Positions 40,814 through 53,106 of a stretch of DNA of 64,000 nt are shown here, piece by piece. The DNA is from an uncultured delta proteobacterium (lineage in GTDB: Bacteria; Myxococcota_A; Polyangia; Polyangiales; Polyangiaceae). The notes under the pieces were generated by a model, which worked only from the letters and a program-made list of their open reading frames with translations, was not told the origin of the DNA and searched no databases. The position numbers were made by a program, and so were the translations under genes. Numbering within the stretch: the stretch's first letter is position 1; each line of letters starts with the position of its first letter. The stretch spans positions 1-64,000 of the forward strand of contig CAVOKF010000003.1 in the NCBI GenBank assembly GCA_963696385.1, read 5' to 3'.

Positions 40814-41869
40814 TCAGCGATGTCGCTCAGCGCCAAACGGATCCAGCGCTGGATCTATGACGGGGGCGTCTTGCCCGTGCTTTGCCTCGTAGAGGGTGCG
40901 CGCTAGGGAGTCGAGCAAGGCGGAGCTTTCGACGTCGCGCACCCACGTTGCGCGGATCGCAGGCAGACCCCACGCCGCACCGGCAATAGCGCCAGCGATG
41001 CACGCAATCGAGTCGCTGTCGCCCGAGGAGTTGGCGCCCATGAGTACGGCGGCGCCGAAGTCGCCCTGGGCACGAAGAACGCACCACAAAGCGGTCGCGA
41101 CCGCCTCCTCGCCGACCCAAGCGCCGCCGAGCACCGAGCAGACGTCGTCGGTCTCCAAGGCTAGAGTCGGCTCGACGCGGTCGAGGGTGGCGAGCATCTG
41201 CCGGTTGCCGATCGATCGCGCGAGCGCCGGCTCGCAGCCCGCTTCGAGCAGGATTCTTTCGTCCACGCGTTCCACGTGAGCCCGCACCGAGGCCACAAGC
41301 CCGGCGAGACTTTCCGACCGAAGCGCGGTCGCCACCGCCGCGGCGGCTGCCACAGAGCTGGCAATGCCCGTGGGGTGTCTGTGGGTGAGCGCGCTCTGCG
41401 CCGCGGCCGCGCGGACCAGGGCATCTGCGTCCTCAGCGAAGTAAAGGCCGAACGGCGCGGCGCGCATCGCGGCGCCGCATCCCTTGGAGCCGGCGACTCC
41501 AGCGTTACGCCAGCTCGCGCCCGCTGCAAGCGCGTGACAGCCGGCCATGCATGCGCCTCCCGGCGCGCGATCGTTGGCCGGCGAGGCCGCCCATGCAACG
41601 AACTCACTGGCGAGGATCGTCATCAGTCGATCGGTCCCTGCGTGTCCGGCTCGGATCAGGGCGCGAGCCGCCGCGATGGACATCTGTGTGTCATCGGTGA
41701 AGGTGCCCGCCGGATGGTTTGCGGTCGCTTCGAATGTGGCGACGCCGTGGTTACCCCAGCGAGCCCGAATCGCGCGGACGCTCGGAATGAACTCCGTCGG
41801 ATGCCCCAGGGCGTCGCCCACCGCGAGCCCGATGATGCATCCTCGAAACCGATCGATCTCTGATGCCAT
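40814..41869 (-). CDS. ADP-ribosylglycohydrolase
   Basis: GLAVGDALG, FTDDTQM, GCGAAMR, GDSDSIACIAG. Confidence 0.9.
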   Translation of the reverse strand: MASEIDRFRGCIIGLAVGDALGHPTEFIPSVRAIRARWGNHGVATFEATANHPAGTFTDDTQMSIAAARALIRAGHAGTDRLMTILASEFVAWAASPANDRAPGGACMAGCHALAAGASWRNAGVAGSKGCGAAMRAAPFGLYFAEDADALVRAAAAQSALTHRHPTGIASSVAAAAAVATALRSESLAGLVASVRAHVERVDERILLEAGCEPALARSIGNRQMLATLDRVEPTLALETDDVCSVLGGAWVGEEAVATALWCVLRAQGDFGAAVLMGANSSGDSDSIACIAGAIAGAAWGLPAIRATWVRDVESSALLDSLARTLYEAKHGQDAPVIDPALDPFGAERHR

Positions 41870-42003
41870 TCCAGTTTCTCCCGAATCGCAAACGCGAGTG
41901 CCGCTTAATTTGATCTGCCCCGACCATGGTTGGGGCGTGGCGACCTTTTTCCTTTCAGGCAGAGGGGCGGCCGCTCGCGAGTACGGCCTACACGGGCACC
42001 GTG

Positions 42004-42794
42004 TTACGTGTTCGCTGCTGCCTCGCGCGGACGGGCGAAGAGCTGGTCCTTCATTTGGGGCAGGCGCTTCTGGCGGAACGCCGTGGGCAGGCGCGGGTCG
42101 TCGACGATCGCCTCGGCCGGATCGACGCCCTTCATTCGATAGAGCTCCTTGGCGTGGTGATCGCGCATGCTGAAACGGAAGATGCGCTCGTTCAGCTTGA
42201 GAACCGTGCGCGGCGGCTGCTCGGCGTCGATCCGCCCGTCGAGGACATCGAGCATGTACTCGCGTGCGCAAAGGATCGACACCCGAAGCTGCTTTCGCCC
42301 CTGCTCTGTGTCATAGGCGCCGGGCAGCCCCACGGTGTTGTGCACGCGGCTCTCCATGGAGAGCACCGGGTGTATCACGTAGAAGCGAACGCCCGTCGAC
42401 GCGCCCGCGTCGTCGACAATCTCCACCGCGAGCGCGGTATCGTGGACCTCGGCGCCGTCCAAACCGAAGGGGGCGGACACGACGTCGAGTGTCCGCGAGA
42501 CTCCGTCAGCGTCGGCGAAAACCACGGTACCGCTATTCGGCGTGGCGTCATCGGACGTGGCCACGCGCGCTCTACCGTTCAGGCGCTCCGCGCAGATGCG
42601 CACGGACCTCTGGCGCCGCAGAAGTCGATGTCCTTGCTGGTGAAGGGCGCGTCGCGCGCCACCGTCGGCACGCGGTGCTCGTAGACGTGCGCCCAGAAGT
42701 TCACCGCTTGCCCGCCGACGAGGACGAGGTCGCGTCCGAGGTCCTCGACCTTCGCAAGGATGGGCCGAATGTCCTGGTACGCGAGGTCCGTCAC
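42004..42794 (-). CDS. putative nucleotidyltransferase toxin; frameshift near 42610
   Basis: VLVGGQAVNFW, SKDIDF; continues in another frame. Confidence 0.55.
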
Positions 42795-42976
42795 TCGAGA
42801 GGCTTCGCCCCGCGCGAGCTGATGCGCACGTTCGGGAACACGAAGTGGCCGTTCTCGCGTTGGAGCTGTTCCCGGCTCTTCTCGCGGCAGGCGAGCGCGC
42901 GAGCGTCCTCCTCGCGAGAACGCTGCTTCTCGCGGGCACGCTCCTTCGGGTCGAAATGCTCGATCTCCTTGGCCAT
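42791..42976 (-). CDS. small charged protein, putative antitoxin
   Basis: 61 aa; its TGA overlaps the GTG of the nucleotidyltransferase. Confidence 0.55.
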   Translation of the reverse strand: MAKEIEHFDPKERAREKQRSREEDARALACREKSREQLQRENGHFVFPNVRISSRGAKPLE

Positions 42977-43118
42977 CCGGTAAAAATACGGCTCTCCTGG
43001 CCGTCGCGCAAACGGGGGCCCGTGTCGAGCCACGCACGCAACCTGTGACGTCCCTGCGCGCGCTTCAGCTTGAACGGCAAGCGCACGAAGTTTTCGCCGC
43101 TCGACCCCAGAGATCCCC

Positions 43119-44324
43119 GTGGACAATCTGGCCGGCGCGCGGGAGTGTGCGCGCGTCGCCCACGAGTTTTTGCGCAGGGGCGGAGCCGTGCCCAAGGTGC
43201 GCCGCGAAACGGTTCGCGAGTGGTTCGGACGCATGCACGCGTCCAAGCAGGCAAAGGGCCTCGCAACAGTTAAGGATATGCGCGGTCGTGCGGCGCGATG
43301 GGTGTTCCCGGTCTTCGGCGACAAGGGCATGTGCGACGTCACGCGTGTCGACGGTGAGCGGCTCGTCGGTCAGCTGGACGCGGCCGTCGCCGGGTTCATG
43401 AAGAATGGGCCAGGGAACGGGAGGCTCGCCCCCTCGACCGCGGCGAATGTCTGGGGCGACGTCCAACACGCATTCGATGAGGCTGTCAACGCCAAGGATC
43501 CCCGCCTGCGCGTGCTTCACGCGAACCCGCTCCACGGCGTGCGCGGACCGGATGGCGGAGAGAACCGTCAGGGGCAAATCCTGTACTCCGACGAACTGCT
43601 GGCACTGCTCCGTGGCGAGCCCGCCGCCGACCGCGGCCTGGGCGTGCCACTTTATCGGCGCTTAGTCTACGCGATGGCCGTCTACACGAAGGCTCGCGCC
43701 TCCGAGCTCGAAGCGCTGACGGCGGCCGACGTGGACCTGAAGCATCAGACGATCACGATTGCCAAGCAGAGCGATCCGACCACGCAGGGTCGGAAAGGTA
43801 CGAAGCAGACGAAGACGAAGCGCATCCGCGCCATCGATATCGAGCCGAACCTCTTTCAACTGGTGGCGGACCTTGTCGCGCATCCCCAAGGGAAAGGGAC
43901 ACGGCTGCTCCACATGCCGCCTCCCGAAGACCGCGCCAAGCTTCTACGAAAAGACCTGCGCAAGGTGGGCGTCACGCGGGCCGCGCTATTCGTCGAGCAC
44001 GACCCCCTTCAGCGGGCGATCGTCTTCCACGATCTTCGCGACACGGGCCTCACGCATATGGCGGTCCGCGGTGACTCGCCGATCCTCATCCAGTGGGCCG
44101 GCGGACACACGGACTTCAAGACCACGCAGAGCTACATCGCGCGGGGCCAAACCGAGCGCCGACGCATCGGCGATCCCCTTCCGCCGCTTCCGCCAGACCT
44201 CTTGGCCGCTCGAGCGAGTTTAGGATGCGTTTCGGATTCATCCGAAACTATAGATGCTAAGTTCCCGTTCTCACTCGGGAATGTTGTGACCCCAACGGGA
44301 ATTGAACCCGTGTTACCGACGTGA
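43119..44324 (+). CDS. tyrosine recombinase/integrase
   Basis: ARASEL, FHDLRDT, GHT..TTQSY catalytic residues; 3' end overlaps tRNA-Glu. Confidence 0.88.
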   Translation: MDNLAGARECARVAHEFLRRGGAVPKVRRETVREWFGRMHASKQAKGLATVKDMRGRAARWVFPVFGDKGMCDVTRVDGERLVGQLDAAVAGFMKNGPGNGRLAPSTAANVWGDVQHAFDEAVNAKDPRLRVLHANPLHGVRGPDGGENRQGQILYSDELLALLRGEPAADRGLGVPLYRRLVYAMAVYTKARASELEALTAADVDLKHQTITIAKQSDPTTQGRKGTKQTKTKRIRAIDIEPNLFQLVADLVAHPQGKGTRLLHMPPPEDRAKLLRKDLRKVGVTRAALFVEHDPLQRAIVFHDLRDTGLTHMAVRGDSPILIQWAGGHTDFKTTQSYIARGQTERRRIGDPLPPLPPDLLAARASLGCVSDSSETIDAKFPFSLGNVVTPTGIEPVLPT

Positions 44325-44358
44325 GAGGCCGGTGTCCTAACCGCTAGACGATGGGGCC
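44287..44358 (-). tRNA. tRNA-Glu(CTC)
   Basis: GGCCCCATCGTCTAGCGGTTAGGAC..CTCTCAC..GGTTCAATTCCCGTTGGGGTCA cloverleaf. Confidence 0.95.
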
Positions 44359-44428
44359 ATTTACTCGTGGATTCTCGCTCTGCGCATTGGGATGCGCTGC
44401 CCGGGGCGCTTTGATGTAGGCGACCAAG

Positions 44429-44499
44429 CTGGGGGACAAGGACTCGAACCTTGATAAGCGGAGCCAGAATCCGCTGTCCTACCGTTAGACGATCCCCCA
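44429..44499 (-). tRNA. tRNA-Gln(CTG)
   Basis: TGGGGGATCGTCTAACGGTAGGAC..TTCTGGC..GGTTCGAGTCCTTGTCCCCCAG. Confidence 0.95.
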
Positions 44500-44666
44500 A
44501 ATACTATCGAAGCGAAGCGCAGGATCCCTCCCGAGAGATGCAGTGTGGGCGTCGCGAGGACGGCGAACACTATCCATACCGAGCAGCTTGTCAAGGACGA
44601 GGAACTTGCGATGGACATCGCGCGCGCCCCTTGACCGCGCCCAGGAAAGGCTTAGCTTCCGCGCCG

Positions 44667-44693
44667 CTAGCGCTCGTTGAAGGAAAGTGCCAA
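44667..44693 (+). promoter_or_regulatory. degenerate CIRCE (HrcA operator)
   Basis: CTAGCGCTC-N9-AAGTGCCAA vs consensus TTAGCACTC-N9-GAGTGCTAA; TTGACC/TAGCTT promoter just upstream. Confidence 0.7.
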
Positions 44694-44762
44694 TTGTCGC
44701 TGCGGGAGGTTCCTGCCACGTCCGAAAGTTGCATCTGGCGAGCGCGTCGGAGGTTTTTCGCC

Positions 44763-45043
44763 ATGAAAATCGTCCACTTACCGATCCGATTGATCATCAA
44801 GCGCGCCGAGCAGGAACAACGACAAATGGCGGCCATTATGATCCCGAACTCGGCAAAGGAGAAGCCCATTGGGGGGGCTCCTCATTGCCATCGGCATGCG
44901 CAAAAAGTGGAAAAGTGCGACCGCCGTGCGTTAGAGTGAGGGATCGTTCTATGTTTTGTAAGCACTCGGGAACCCAAGTGAAACTCTACGGCACGGAGCA
45001 CGTGATCCTCACAGAGGACGACGCCCTGGCCGTGATCGGCTAA
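44763..45043 (+). pseudogene. groES: co-chaperonin GroES, degraded
   Basis: MKI..RLIIKR..IMIPNSAKEKP, then [24 protein letters not shown] in another frame. Confidence 0.8.
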
Positions 45044-45056
45044 GGGAAGAACAGCC

Positions 45057-46766
<1,710 letters not shown>

Positions 46767-46771
46767 TAGGA

Positions 46772-47990
46772 TTGCAGGAATCCGAGTTCGGCGCGCGACT
46801 CGCCGCGTTGCGGCACCGGCATCGAGGGTGCGCCTTTCCGCGTTGCGGCACTCGCCAAACTCGCAGCGGTCGAAGAGGGTATTGTTGCCGGCGGCGGAGG
46901 GCCGCCGCGGCGCTCGAGCGGTTGGCTCTCTCGGGCGACGAGGCAAGTGGCGTGAGCCTTATCAAGCGTGCGATTGAGGAGCCATTGCGGCAGATCGCGG
47001 GCAATGCGGGTGTGGAGGGCGCAGTCGTCATCGAGAGCGAGGGCGGGTCGGGTAGGCGAGAGGCGCGGGTGGTTTAGGTCGTCGCTTGGCCGTAACTGCG
47101 GTTTCCCGCTTCGTGCCCGTTTAGCGGCAGCCGTGCTCCCGTTTCCTCCCGCATTCCCGTCGCCTCGCGCGGTTTGTCTGCGCCCTTCGTACTCTCCAAG
47201 CCAGTCGCCGGTCCTCGCTCTGTGTCGAGGGACGCTGGCGGGTGGAGTACCGCTGTTCGAGCGGCAAACCCCGCTCTACCCCAGGGGCCCTCGCTCCGGT
47301 CCGGGTTATAGTGTCCCGGTCCATCAACGCTTATTCGGCCCCATCCGCCCCACTCGCCCGCACATCGCGACTTCGCCGCTCGGCGGCTTATACGCGATGC
47401 CTTTGCTGTGCGGGTGCGCCTGGGCTGCCCGCGAGTGGTTCCGAGCTTTTGCTGACCGTTCTGTGCCGTCATGTCGTCCCCTGCGACCCCGGAGAGCTCG
47501 TCGGCTGCATGAACCAGTTCTTCACCGACGACTTTGGCCTTCGCCGACTGAAAAACGGCTCGGCGCTCTCGACACTCCCGGCATCCCCTTCAGCCGGGCC
47601 GTTGATTTCGAGGCTTGTACGGTTCGCTTTCGCTACGACCTGACGACTGGCTCGCCCCCCTGTGTTGGATCCGGCCTGCAGACAGCCGACGGGGGCTTTT
47701 ACTCCCAGGCTTTCGCCGATCCGATCGCCCTTCACGGCGCTGGGTATAACTACGATGGTAACTGGTTGATTCCATCGGCAAGACTTTCACTTGCAAGAAC
47801 GGCAGCTAGCTTCGCTGCACTTTCGGCTTCAACGCTGCGACGTGCAGGAATCCGAGTTCGGCGCGCGACTCGCCGCGTTGCAGCACCGGCCTCGAGGGTG
47901 CGACTTGCCGCGTTGCGGCACACGGCAGTGGAGGATTGCAGTAATGCGCGACTCGCCGCGTTAATGCGCGACTCGCCGCGTTGCGGCACG
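46772..47990. repeat. partial groEL 3' duplication and REP-like GCGCGACTCGCCGCGTTGCGGCAC repeats
   Basis: 46863-47046 and 47821-47842 copy groEL ~46269-46500; 46772-46830 recurs at 47843-47905. Confidence 0.8.
47047..47820 (-). ncRNA. ORF-less, internally deleted group II intron
   Basis: 5' GTGCAGCGAAGCTA, 3' CCTACCCGAC; precisely splits GAGGGCGG|TTTCGGC of the groEL copy; no RT, no recognisable domain V. Confidence 0.78.
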
Positions 47991-48108
47991 GCGATCGAGG
48001 GTCCGGGTGGCGCTTCGCAACGGATAAAGGCTGACCTTGCGCTCTTACCGCATGTGAGGCCCCCCCCTTGCATCCGGCCGCCTCCGGTCTCAGATAGAAT
48101 CCTTCCCC

Positions 48109-50589
48109 GTGACGCAAACTCGCTCGGAGCTACCCGCCCCGCCCACCCTTGTGCCCACCGTCGAAGGGCTCGAGGACGACCCGGAAGGAACACGTATCGT
48201 TGGAGAAGAGATCAGGCTTTTCTCTACGGTGAAACGGGTGCTGGACGGATCCGGTCACACGGACATTTCTGCGGCGAAGGGGCGCGCAATGGACGACGAA
48301 CGGATGCTGGAGCTACGGGACCATGTCGCGGTGGCCAAGCCCGAAGACCTGCCCGCGCTATTCGAGCAGATGCATAACCTGGGTGCGCTACGCGCCCATC
48401 GAGGGCGCAGCGTCCAAGGCTCGGTCGACCGTTCGAGTCCTTACTTCGCGCACATCCGTCTCGAGGAACAGGTCGCGTGCGGAGCCTTTGATCGAACGCC
48501 GGCGGCGCGGGGCAAGATGAGCGCGCGCCGGCGCGACATACTCATCGGAGCGCGATCGTATCTCGATTCAAGCGAGGGCATTAGAATCGTCGACTGGCGT
48601 CACGCGCCGATAAGCCGAGTCTACTATAGATACGCCGAAGGGGATGAGTATGAAGAAGAGCTAGGCGACCGATTGATCGAAGGTCGCGTGCTCATTCGGC
48701 GCGGGGTGAGTATCGTTCACCGGGAACTCGTTCGCGTTTCAGCACCGCAGGGGACCTTTCTGAAAGGGAGCAATGGTCATTGGGGGCGAACGAGCGCCGA
48801 GCGCGCACTCCTGGAAACTGAGGCGAAGTGGGCCGCGCGTCACGGCGTCGCCGCTGAAGCGGGTCTCGGGGTCGGCTCCGACGGCCGAATGCGTTCAGAC
48901 AAACACCTGCCTGCCATTGCCGCGCTACTCGACGAGCGTCAGTACGAGCTCATAACAAGGGACGCGAAGGGGCTCGTGGCCATCCAAGGGAGCGCTGGCA
49001 GTGGTAAGACCACCGTCGGATTACACCGAGTTGCGTACCTCGCGTTTCAGGAGGCGCAGCGCTTTCGCCCCGACAAAATGTTTATTGTCGTACCCAACGA
49101 CGCGCTTGTCCATTACGTGTCACGCGTCTTGCCGTCGCTGGGGGTCGAGGGCGTTCCCGTATCGACCTTTGCCGGTTTCGCTTCACGCCTAGTGGGGCAG
49201 CTGTTCCCCCGACTCCCGACGAAATTGAGCGACGAGACACCGGCTGTCGTAGCGCGGGCGAAGTCGCATGCAGCGATGCTGCGGGCGATCGAAACGTACG
49301 TCGGCCGCACCACACGCGTGGTCGACGAGAAAATTCATTCAAGTATGACGAAGTGGCCGGATGGTCATCGCGTTGCGGCCGCGTGGGCGGCGACGGGTGC
49401 GGCCGCGGTTGCCAGCTCCCCGGAAAGCCAGTTGGCCTGCGATGTGCGGGTGTCGATCTTGGCCCAGTGGCTCGGGAACAAGCGAACAATCGCGGGCGTA
49501 AAGTCGGCTTTGGAGGTACCCGACGTTACGCGAAGCGCGGCCCAAGTCCTTCTCGGCGAATTGCGATCGGTCACACGGTCCGTGACGGGCCTGTGGGACG
49601 AAATCCTGACTTCGCGCGAAGCGCTCAACGAGACCTGGGCGTCCGAAGCAACGTTCAGCGCGTCGCAGCTCGAACAGGTGCACTCCTGGTGTGTGCGCCA
49701 GTCGCGCGTGCGGTCAGAAGGAGAACGCGACGGGGAAGAGCCCACCCTCGACGCCGAGGATTACTCGCTCCTACTCCGTTGTTGGCAGGCGCTTCGCGGT
49801 CCGCTAGTCGACCCGGAGGCGAAGCCAATTCGATTTGCCCACGTCTTCATTGACGAGGTCCAAGACGCAAGTCCAATCGAACTGCGGGTTCTTCTCGAGC
49901 TGACTGGTAGCGAACGTTGCATTACCCTCGCAGGTGACGTGGCGCAACGCCTGCTCGACGAAGCGGACGATCGTGGCGAATTCGATTGGAATGGGCTGCT
50001 CGATGACCTGGGCGTTTCACATAGACGTATTGAGCCCCTGCGCGTCAGCTATCGCTCGACCTCGCAGATAACGGCCTTTGCGCGCACGGTCCTCGGGCCA
50101 TTGGCGCACGATGACGCGCCCCAGACGACGCGTAATGGGCCGCCCGTCGAACTCTTCGAGTTCGGATCGATCGGCGAAACCGTGGCCTGGTTGGCGGAAG
50201 TGCTTAAGCAGCTTGCGCGCGACGAGCCCGATGCGAACGTCGCTTTGATTACACGCTTCGCGCAGCAGGCAGATGTGTACTTCGACGGCTTGCTCCGCGC
50301 CGAAGTGCCGACCGTGCGGCGCGTCGCCAAGCAGGATTTTTCTTGGGAGCCTGGAGTTGATGTGACCGACGTGCGCCAGACCAAGGGTCTCGAGTTCGAC
50401 GAGGTGGTTCTCCTGGAGGTTACGGCCGCTAGCTATCCCGTGTCGCCGCAAGCGCGCCACGCGCTTTACATCGCGGCGACACGCGCGTCGCACCAACTTT
50501 GGTGTGTCGCGAGCGATGCGCCCTCGCAGCTTGTATTGCAGGGCCTGGATGGACCGGCGCCGGCGCCGAGTTCACATAATGTTCCTTAG
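48109..50589 (+). CDS. UvrD/HelD-like superfamily 1 helicase
   Basis: SPYFAH, IVDWRHAP, GSAGSGKTT, IDEVQD, AGDVAQ, SYRST, KGLEFD, YIAATRA. Confidence 0.9.
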   Translation: MTQTRSELPAPPTLVPTVEGLEDDPEGTRIVGEEIRLFSTVKRVLDGSGHTDISAAKGRAMDDERMLELRDHVAVAKPEDLPALFEQMHNLGALRAHRGRSVQGSVDRSSPYFAHIRLEEQVACGAFDRTPAARGKMSARRRDILIGARSYLDSSEGIRIVDWRHAPISRVYYRYAEGDEYEEELGDRLIEGRVLIRRGVSIVHRELVRVSAPQGTFLKGSNGHWGRTSAERALLETEAKWAARHGVAAEAGLGVGSDGRMRSDKHLPAIAALLDERQYELITRDAKGLVAIQGSAGSGKTTVGLHRVAYLAFQEAQRFRPDKMFIVVPNDALVHYVSRVLPSLGVEGVPVSTFAGFASRLVGQLFPRLPTKLSDETPAVVARAKSHAAMLRAIETYVGRTTRVVDEKIHSSMTKWPDGHRVAAAWAATGAAAVASSPESQLACDVRVSILAQWLGNKRTIAGVKSALEVPDVTRSAAQVLLGELRSVTRSVTGLWDEILTSREALNETWASEATFSASQLEQVHSWCVRQSRVRSEGERDGEEPTLDAEDYSLLLRCWQALRGPLVDPEAKPIRFAHVFIDEVQDASPIELRVLLELTGSERCITLAGDVAQRLLDEADDRGEFDWNGLLDDLGVSHRRIEPLRVSYRSTSQITAFARTVLGPLAHDDAPQTTRNGPPVELFEFGSIGETVAWLAEVLKQLARDEPDANVALITRFAQQADVYFDGLLRAEVPTVRRVAKQDFSWEPGVDVTDVRQTKGLEFDEVVLLEVTAASYPVSPQARHALYIAATRASHQLWCVASDAPSQLVLQGLDGPAPAPSSHNVP

Positions 50590-50626
50590 GGGCCTTTAAT
50601 CTGTGGCCTCGAAGCTACGGCCGGTA

Positions 50627-51907
50627 TCAGTCGACGACGGCCGGTCCGTCGACCTTTAAGGCTAGGAGCGTTCCAGAGTCGCTGAGCAAGTATGCGCGGC
50701 CCCCGAATGAAGTCGGCGCCTGAGAGAATCCAGCTCCGAGATCGAAGCCATCGATGGCATGTCCATCACGCGGCGAAAGAAGAAATACTCCGTATCGCGT
50801 GGTGCCGACCAAAATGGCGCCCGCAATCGGTGTCGGCGCCGTGACGCCGCCTTCAGGGACCGGGATGCGCCAAACCGGCCGACCGGTGGCCGGCTCCAAA
50901 GCCCACATTCCTGTCGCAGCGCTGGACGCGAGCACGAGCTCAAGCACGGAAACGGGCGGACCACCGACGACGAAGTCCGGGCTGCCCGAGTTGGCCCTGT
51001 GCGCAGCCTCTCTCCAAACCGTAAGATCCGTAACACCGGTGACCTTGTCGTTCCGCCAGACGGGTACGCCTCGCTCTTCATCGATAGCGAATAGGCCTCC
51101 TGCATAGCTGGCAACGAAGACAACGCGTCCTTGCGCACCGAGATCGTAGGGTACTGGAGTCGTATCGACATCCAGGTAGCGTAAGGCCTCCGCACCTGCG
51201 GACTGCTCGGCCTCGGCGGACAGGTCGATTGAAGGCCATCGCTCGCTGCCGTCTCGCGCATCGTACGCGCCTACTTGTCCGTCGGAAAACGCGAAGAACA
51301 CCGCGCCATGGTCGACCGCCGGTCCAGCGTATCCACTAATCTCCATGCCGAGTGCCGGCGTTCTGTGCACGTGCCAGCTGGTTTTGCCCGACCGGCGATC
51401 GATCGCGAAGAGGTTGTCGGCCGCGTTCGCGAAATAAAGCTCTTCGCCAACGAGCACTGGTCGGCGCGCGACTTCCGCCCCGCTATCGTACCTCCACACC
51501 AGCGTCCCGTCACTAGCGTGCACTGCGTACAGCGCACCATCGTCCGAGCCGAAGTACACCATGTCTAGGTCGGCGTCGTAGAGCGGTTCACTCTGGACAG
51601 CTCCTACAGTTTCGAAACGCCAGATCGAACTCCCGTTGCTCGCGCGCAGCGCATATAGGCCCCCGTCCCTCGTCCCCACGAAGACCCGCCCGCGGGGGGC
51701 GTCGATCTCCGGGCGCCCGCGCTCGTACGCCTCGCCCACAACGCGCGATGGCGCCGTCAATGGCCTTACGAACAGAACATGCAACGCGCCACTCGCGCGA
51801 TGAAACCATAGTGGCTCCTCGGGATTGGTGCGATCGTTTCCGGTTTCCAGTGCGCCACATGCGGCGGTCCAGGAAGCCATCGCGACGACGAGAGCATACC
51901 GCGTCAT
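50627..51907 (-). CDS. BamB-like PQQ-repeat beta-propeller lipoprotein
   Basis: TAAC lipobox; repeated LYA..G...W motifs; follows a TPR gene. Confidence 0.78.
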   Translation of the reverse strand: MTRYALVVAMASWTAACGALETGNDRTNPEEPLWFHRASGALHVLFVRPLTAPSRVVGEAYERGRPEIDAPRGRVFVGTRDGGLYALRASNGSSIWRFETVGAVQSEPLYDADLDMVYFGSDDGALYAVHASDGTLVWRYDSGAEVARRPVLVGEELYFANAADNLFAIDRRSGKTSWHVHRTPALGMEISGYAGPAVDHGAVFFAFSDGQVGAYDARDGSERWPSIDLSAEAEQSAGAEALRYLDVDTTPVPYDLGAQGRVVFVASYAGGLFAIDEERGVPVWRNDKVTGVTDLTVWREAAHRANSGSPDFVVGGPPVSVLELVLASSAATGMWALEPATGRPVWRIPVPEGGVTAPTPIAGAILVGTTRYGVFLLSPRDGHAIDGFDLGAGFSQAPTSFGGRAYLLSDSGTLLALKVDGPAVVD

Positions 51908-53052
51908 GGTGAGCCCGGTCTCCCCTTGTGCTGCATTTGTCGAATGATCTCTTGGATCTTCTGGTCGTTCATATCGACATTGCCTCCCGGTCCTGCGCCG
52001 TTCGTTCCGTTAATTCTCGGGACCATCGATGGCAGTGCGGTCGGGTCGACTTCCCGGAGCTGGTCCTCAACCACGAACTGCAAATACGCAAAGGGATGTC
52101 CCGCTTCGGGTTCGCTTATCCGGCTTTCGATCTGCTTTAGGACCTCGAGAGCCTTCGTCCTGTCGCCTTTGTTGGAAAGTAGGCGGGCTTGGTGGTACAT
52201 GCCGAGTTCCTTGTAACCGTTCGCGTCGACCGCCTCGAGCGCCTTGAACTCGACGAGCGCCTCGTCCAACTCCTTGTTGCTTGGCGCCTCGGTTTGCGCC
52301 AGGAGCTCATCGGCGAAGCCCATGCCTTCGAGCGCGCGCCCGCGTACCTCGGAGTCCGCCTGGGCCAGGCGGGACGTGCTGACGGCACCATAAGCAGCCA
52401 GAGCTCCTTTCGCGTCACCACCGTCGAGAAGAAGAGAGCCCTCCCCGAGCTGTGCGAGCGTCGCAGCGCCCGTCCGAGCGTACAGCTGCTCGACGCGTCG
52501 GTACTTCGCGAGCGCAGCTTCCCTTCGGTCCGCCGTGGACTTGAAGGTGGGGTAGAGTCTGTTTGTCGCTGAGTCGTCGTCAGACTCGTAGTCTTTGGCC
52601 CCGGCGATGTTGCCAAGATCGTCGGCTATTGCCTGTGCGAGGAGAACGGAAGCGTCAGCGTTGCGCTTGTCTTGCCACATGACCCAGCCGATAGCGCACG
52701 CGGCGCTAAGAACTGACAGAGCCACAAGTCCTGCGAAGCTGGATTGATGTTCTCGGATCCACTTTGTCGTCTGCGCTGCACGCTCGAGAAGCCGATCGGC
52801 TTCTGGAATGGTGTCAACCGACGTCGAGGGCCGCTTGACGCTCCCCTCCCCAATCCTGGTGAGCCGCCTTGACGCTGCCGCCTCGAGGCCCGTCTTTTTC
52901 CGCTCTCGCCTGCGTTGAAGGAGCTTAAGCTCTTCCTCGCACGCAATCCGCTCCGCATCGGTCTCTGAGCCAATCTTGTCGATTCGGGCAGCGATCGCAT
53001 CTGGGCGGAACTTGTCGTCGTCGGTGAACTTGGGATCGTCGTCGTCGGGCAC
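51904..53052 (-). CDS. membrane-anchored TPR protein (YfgM-like)
   Basis: single TM segment then TPR-like helices; upstream of bamB-like gene. Confidence 0.65.
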   Translation of the reverse strand: MPDDDDPKFTDDDKFRPDAIAARIDKIGSETDAERIACEEELKLLQRRRERKKTGLEAAASRRLTRIGEGSVKRPSTSVDTIPEADRLLERAAQTTKWIREHQSSFAGLVALSVLSAACAIGWVMWQDKRNADASVLLAQAIADDLGNIAGAKDYESDDDSATNRLYPTFKSTADRREAALAKYRRVEQLYARTGAATLAQLGEGSLLLDGGDAKGALAAYGAVSTSRLAQADSEVRGRALEGMGFADELLAQTEAPSNKELDEALVEFKALEAVDANGYKELGMYHQARLLSNKGDRTKALEVLKQIESRISEPEAGHPFAYLQFVVEDQLREVDPTALPSMVPRINGTNGAGPGGNVDMNDQKIQEIIRQMQHKGRPGSP

Positions 53053-53106
53053 GTTGAGGGCTCCTCGGGCGGTCGCGGCGGAGACAATTTGCGCGACGGG
53101 GCTTCG

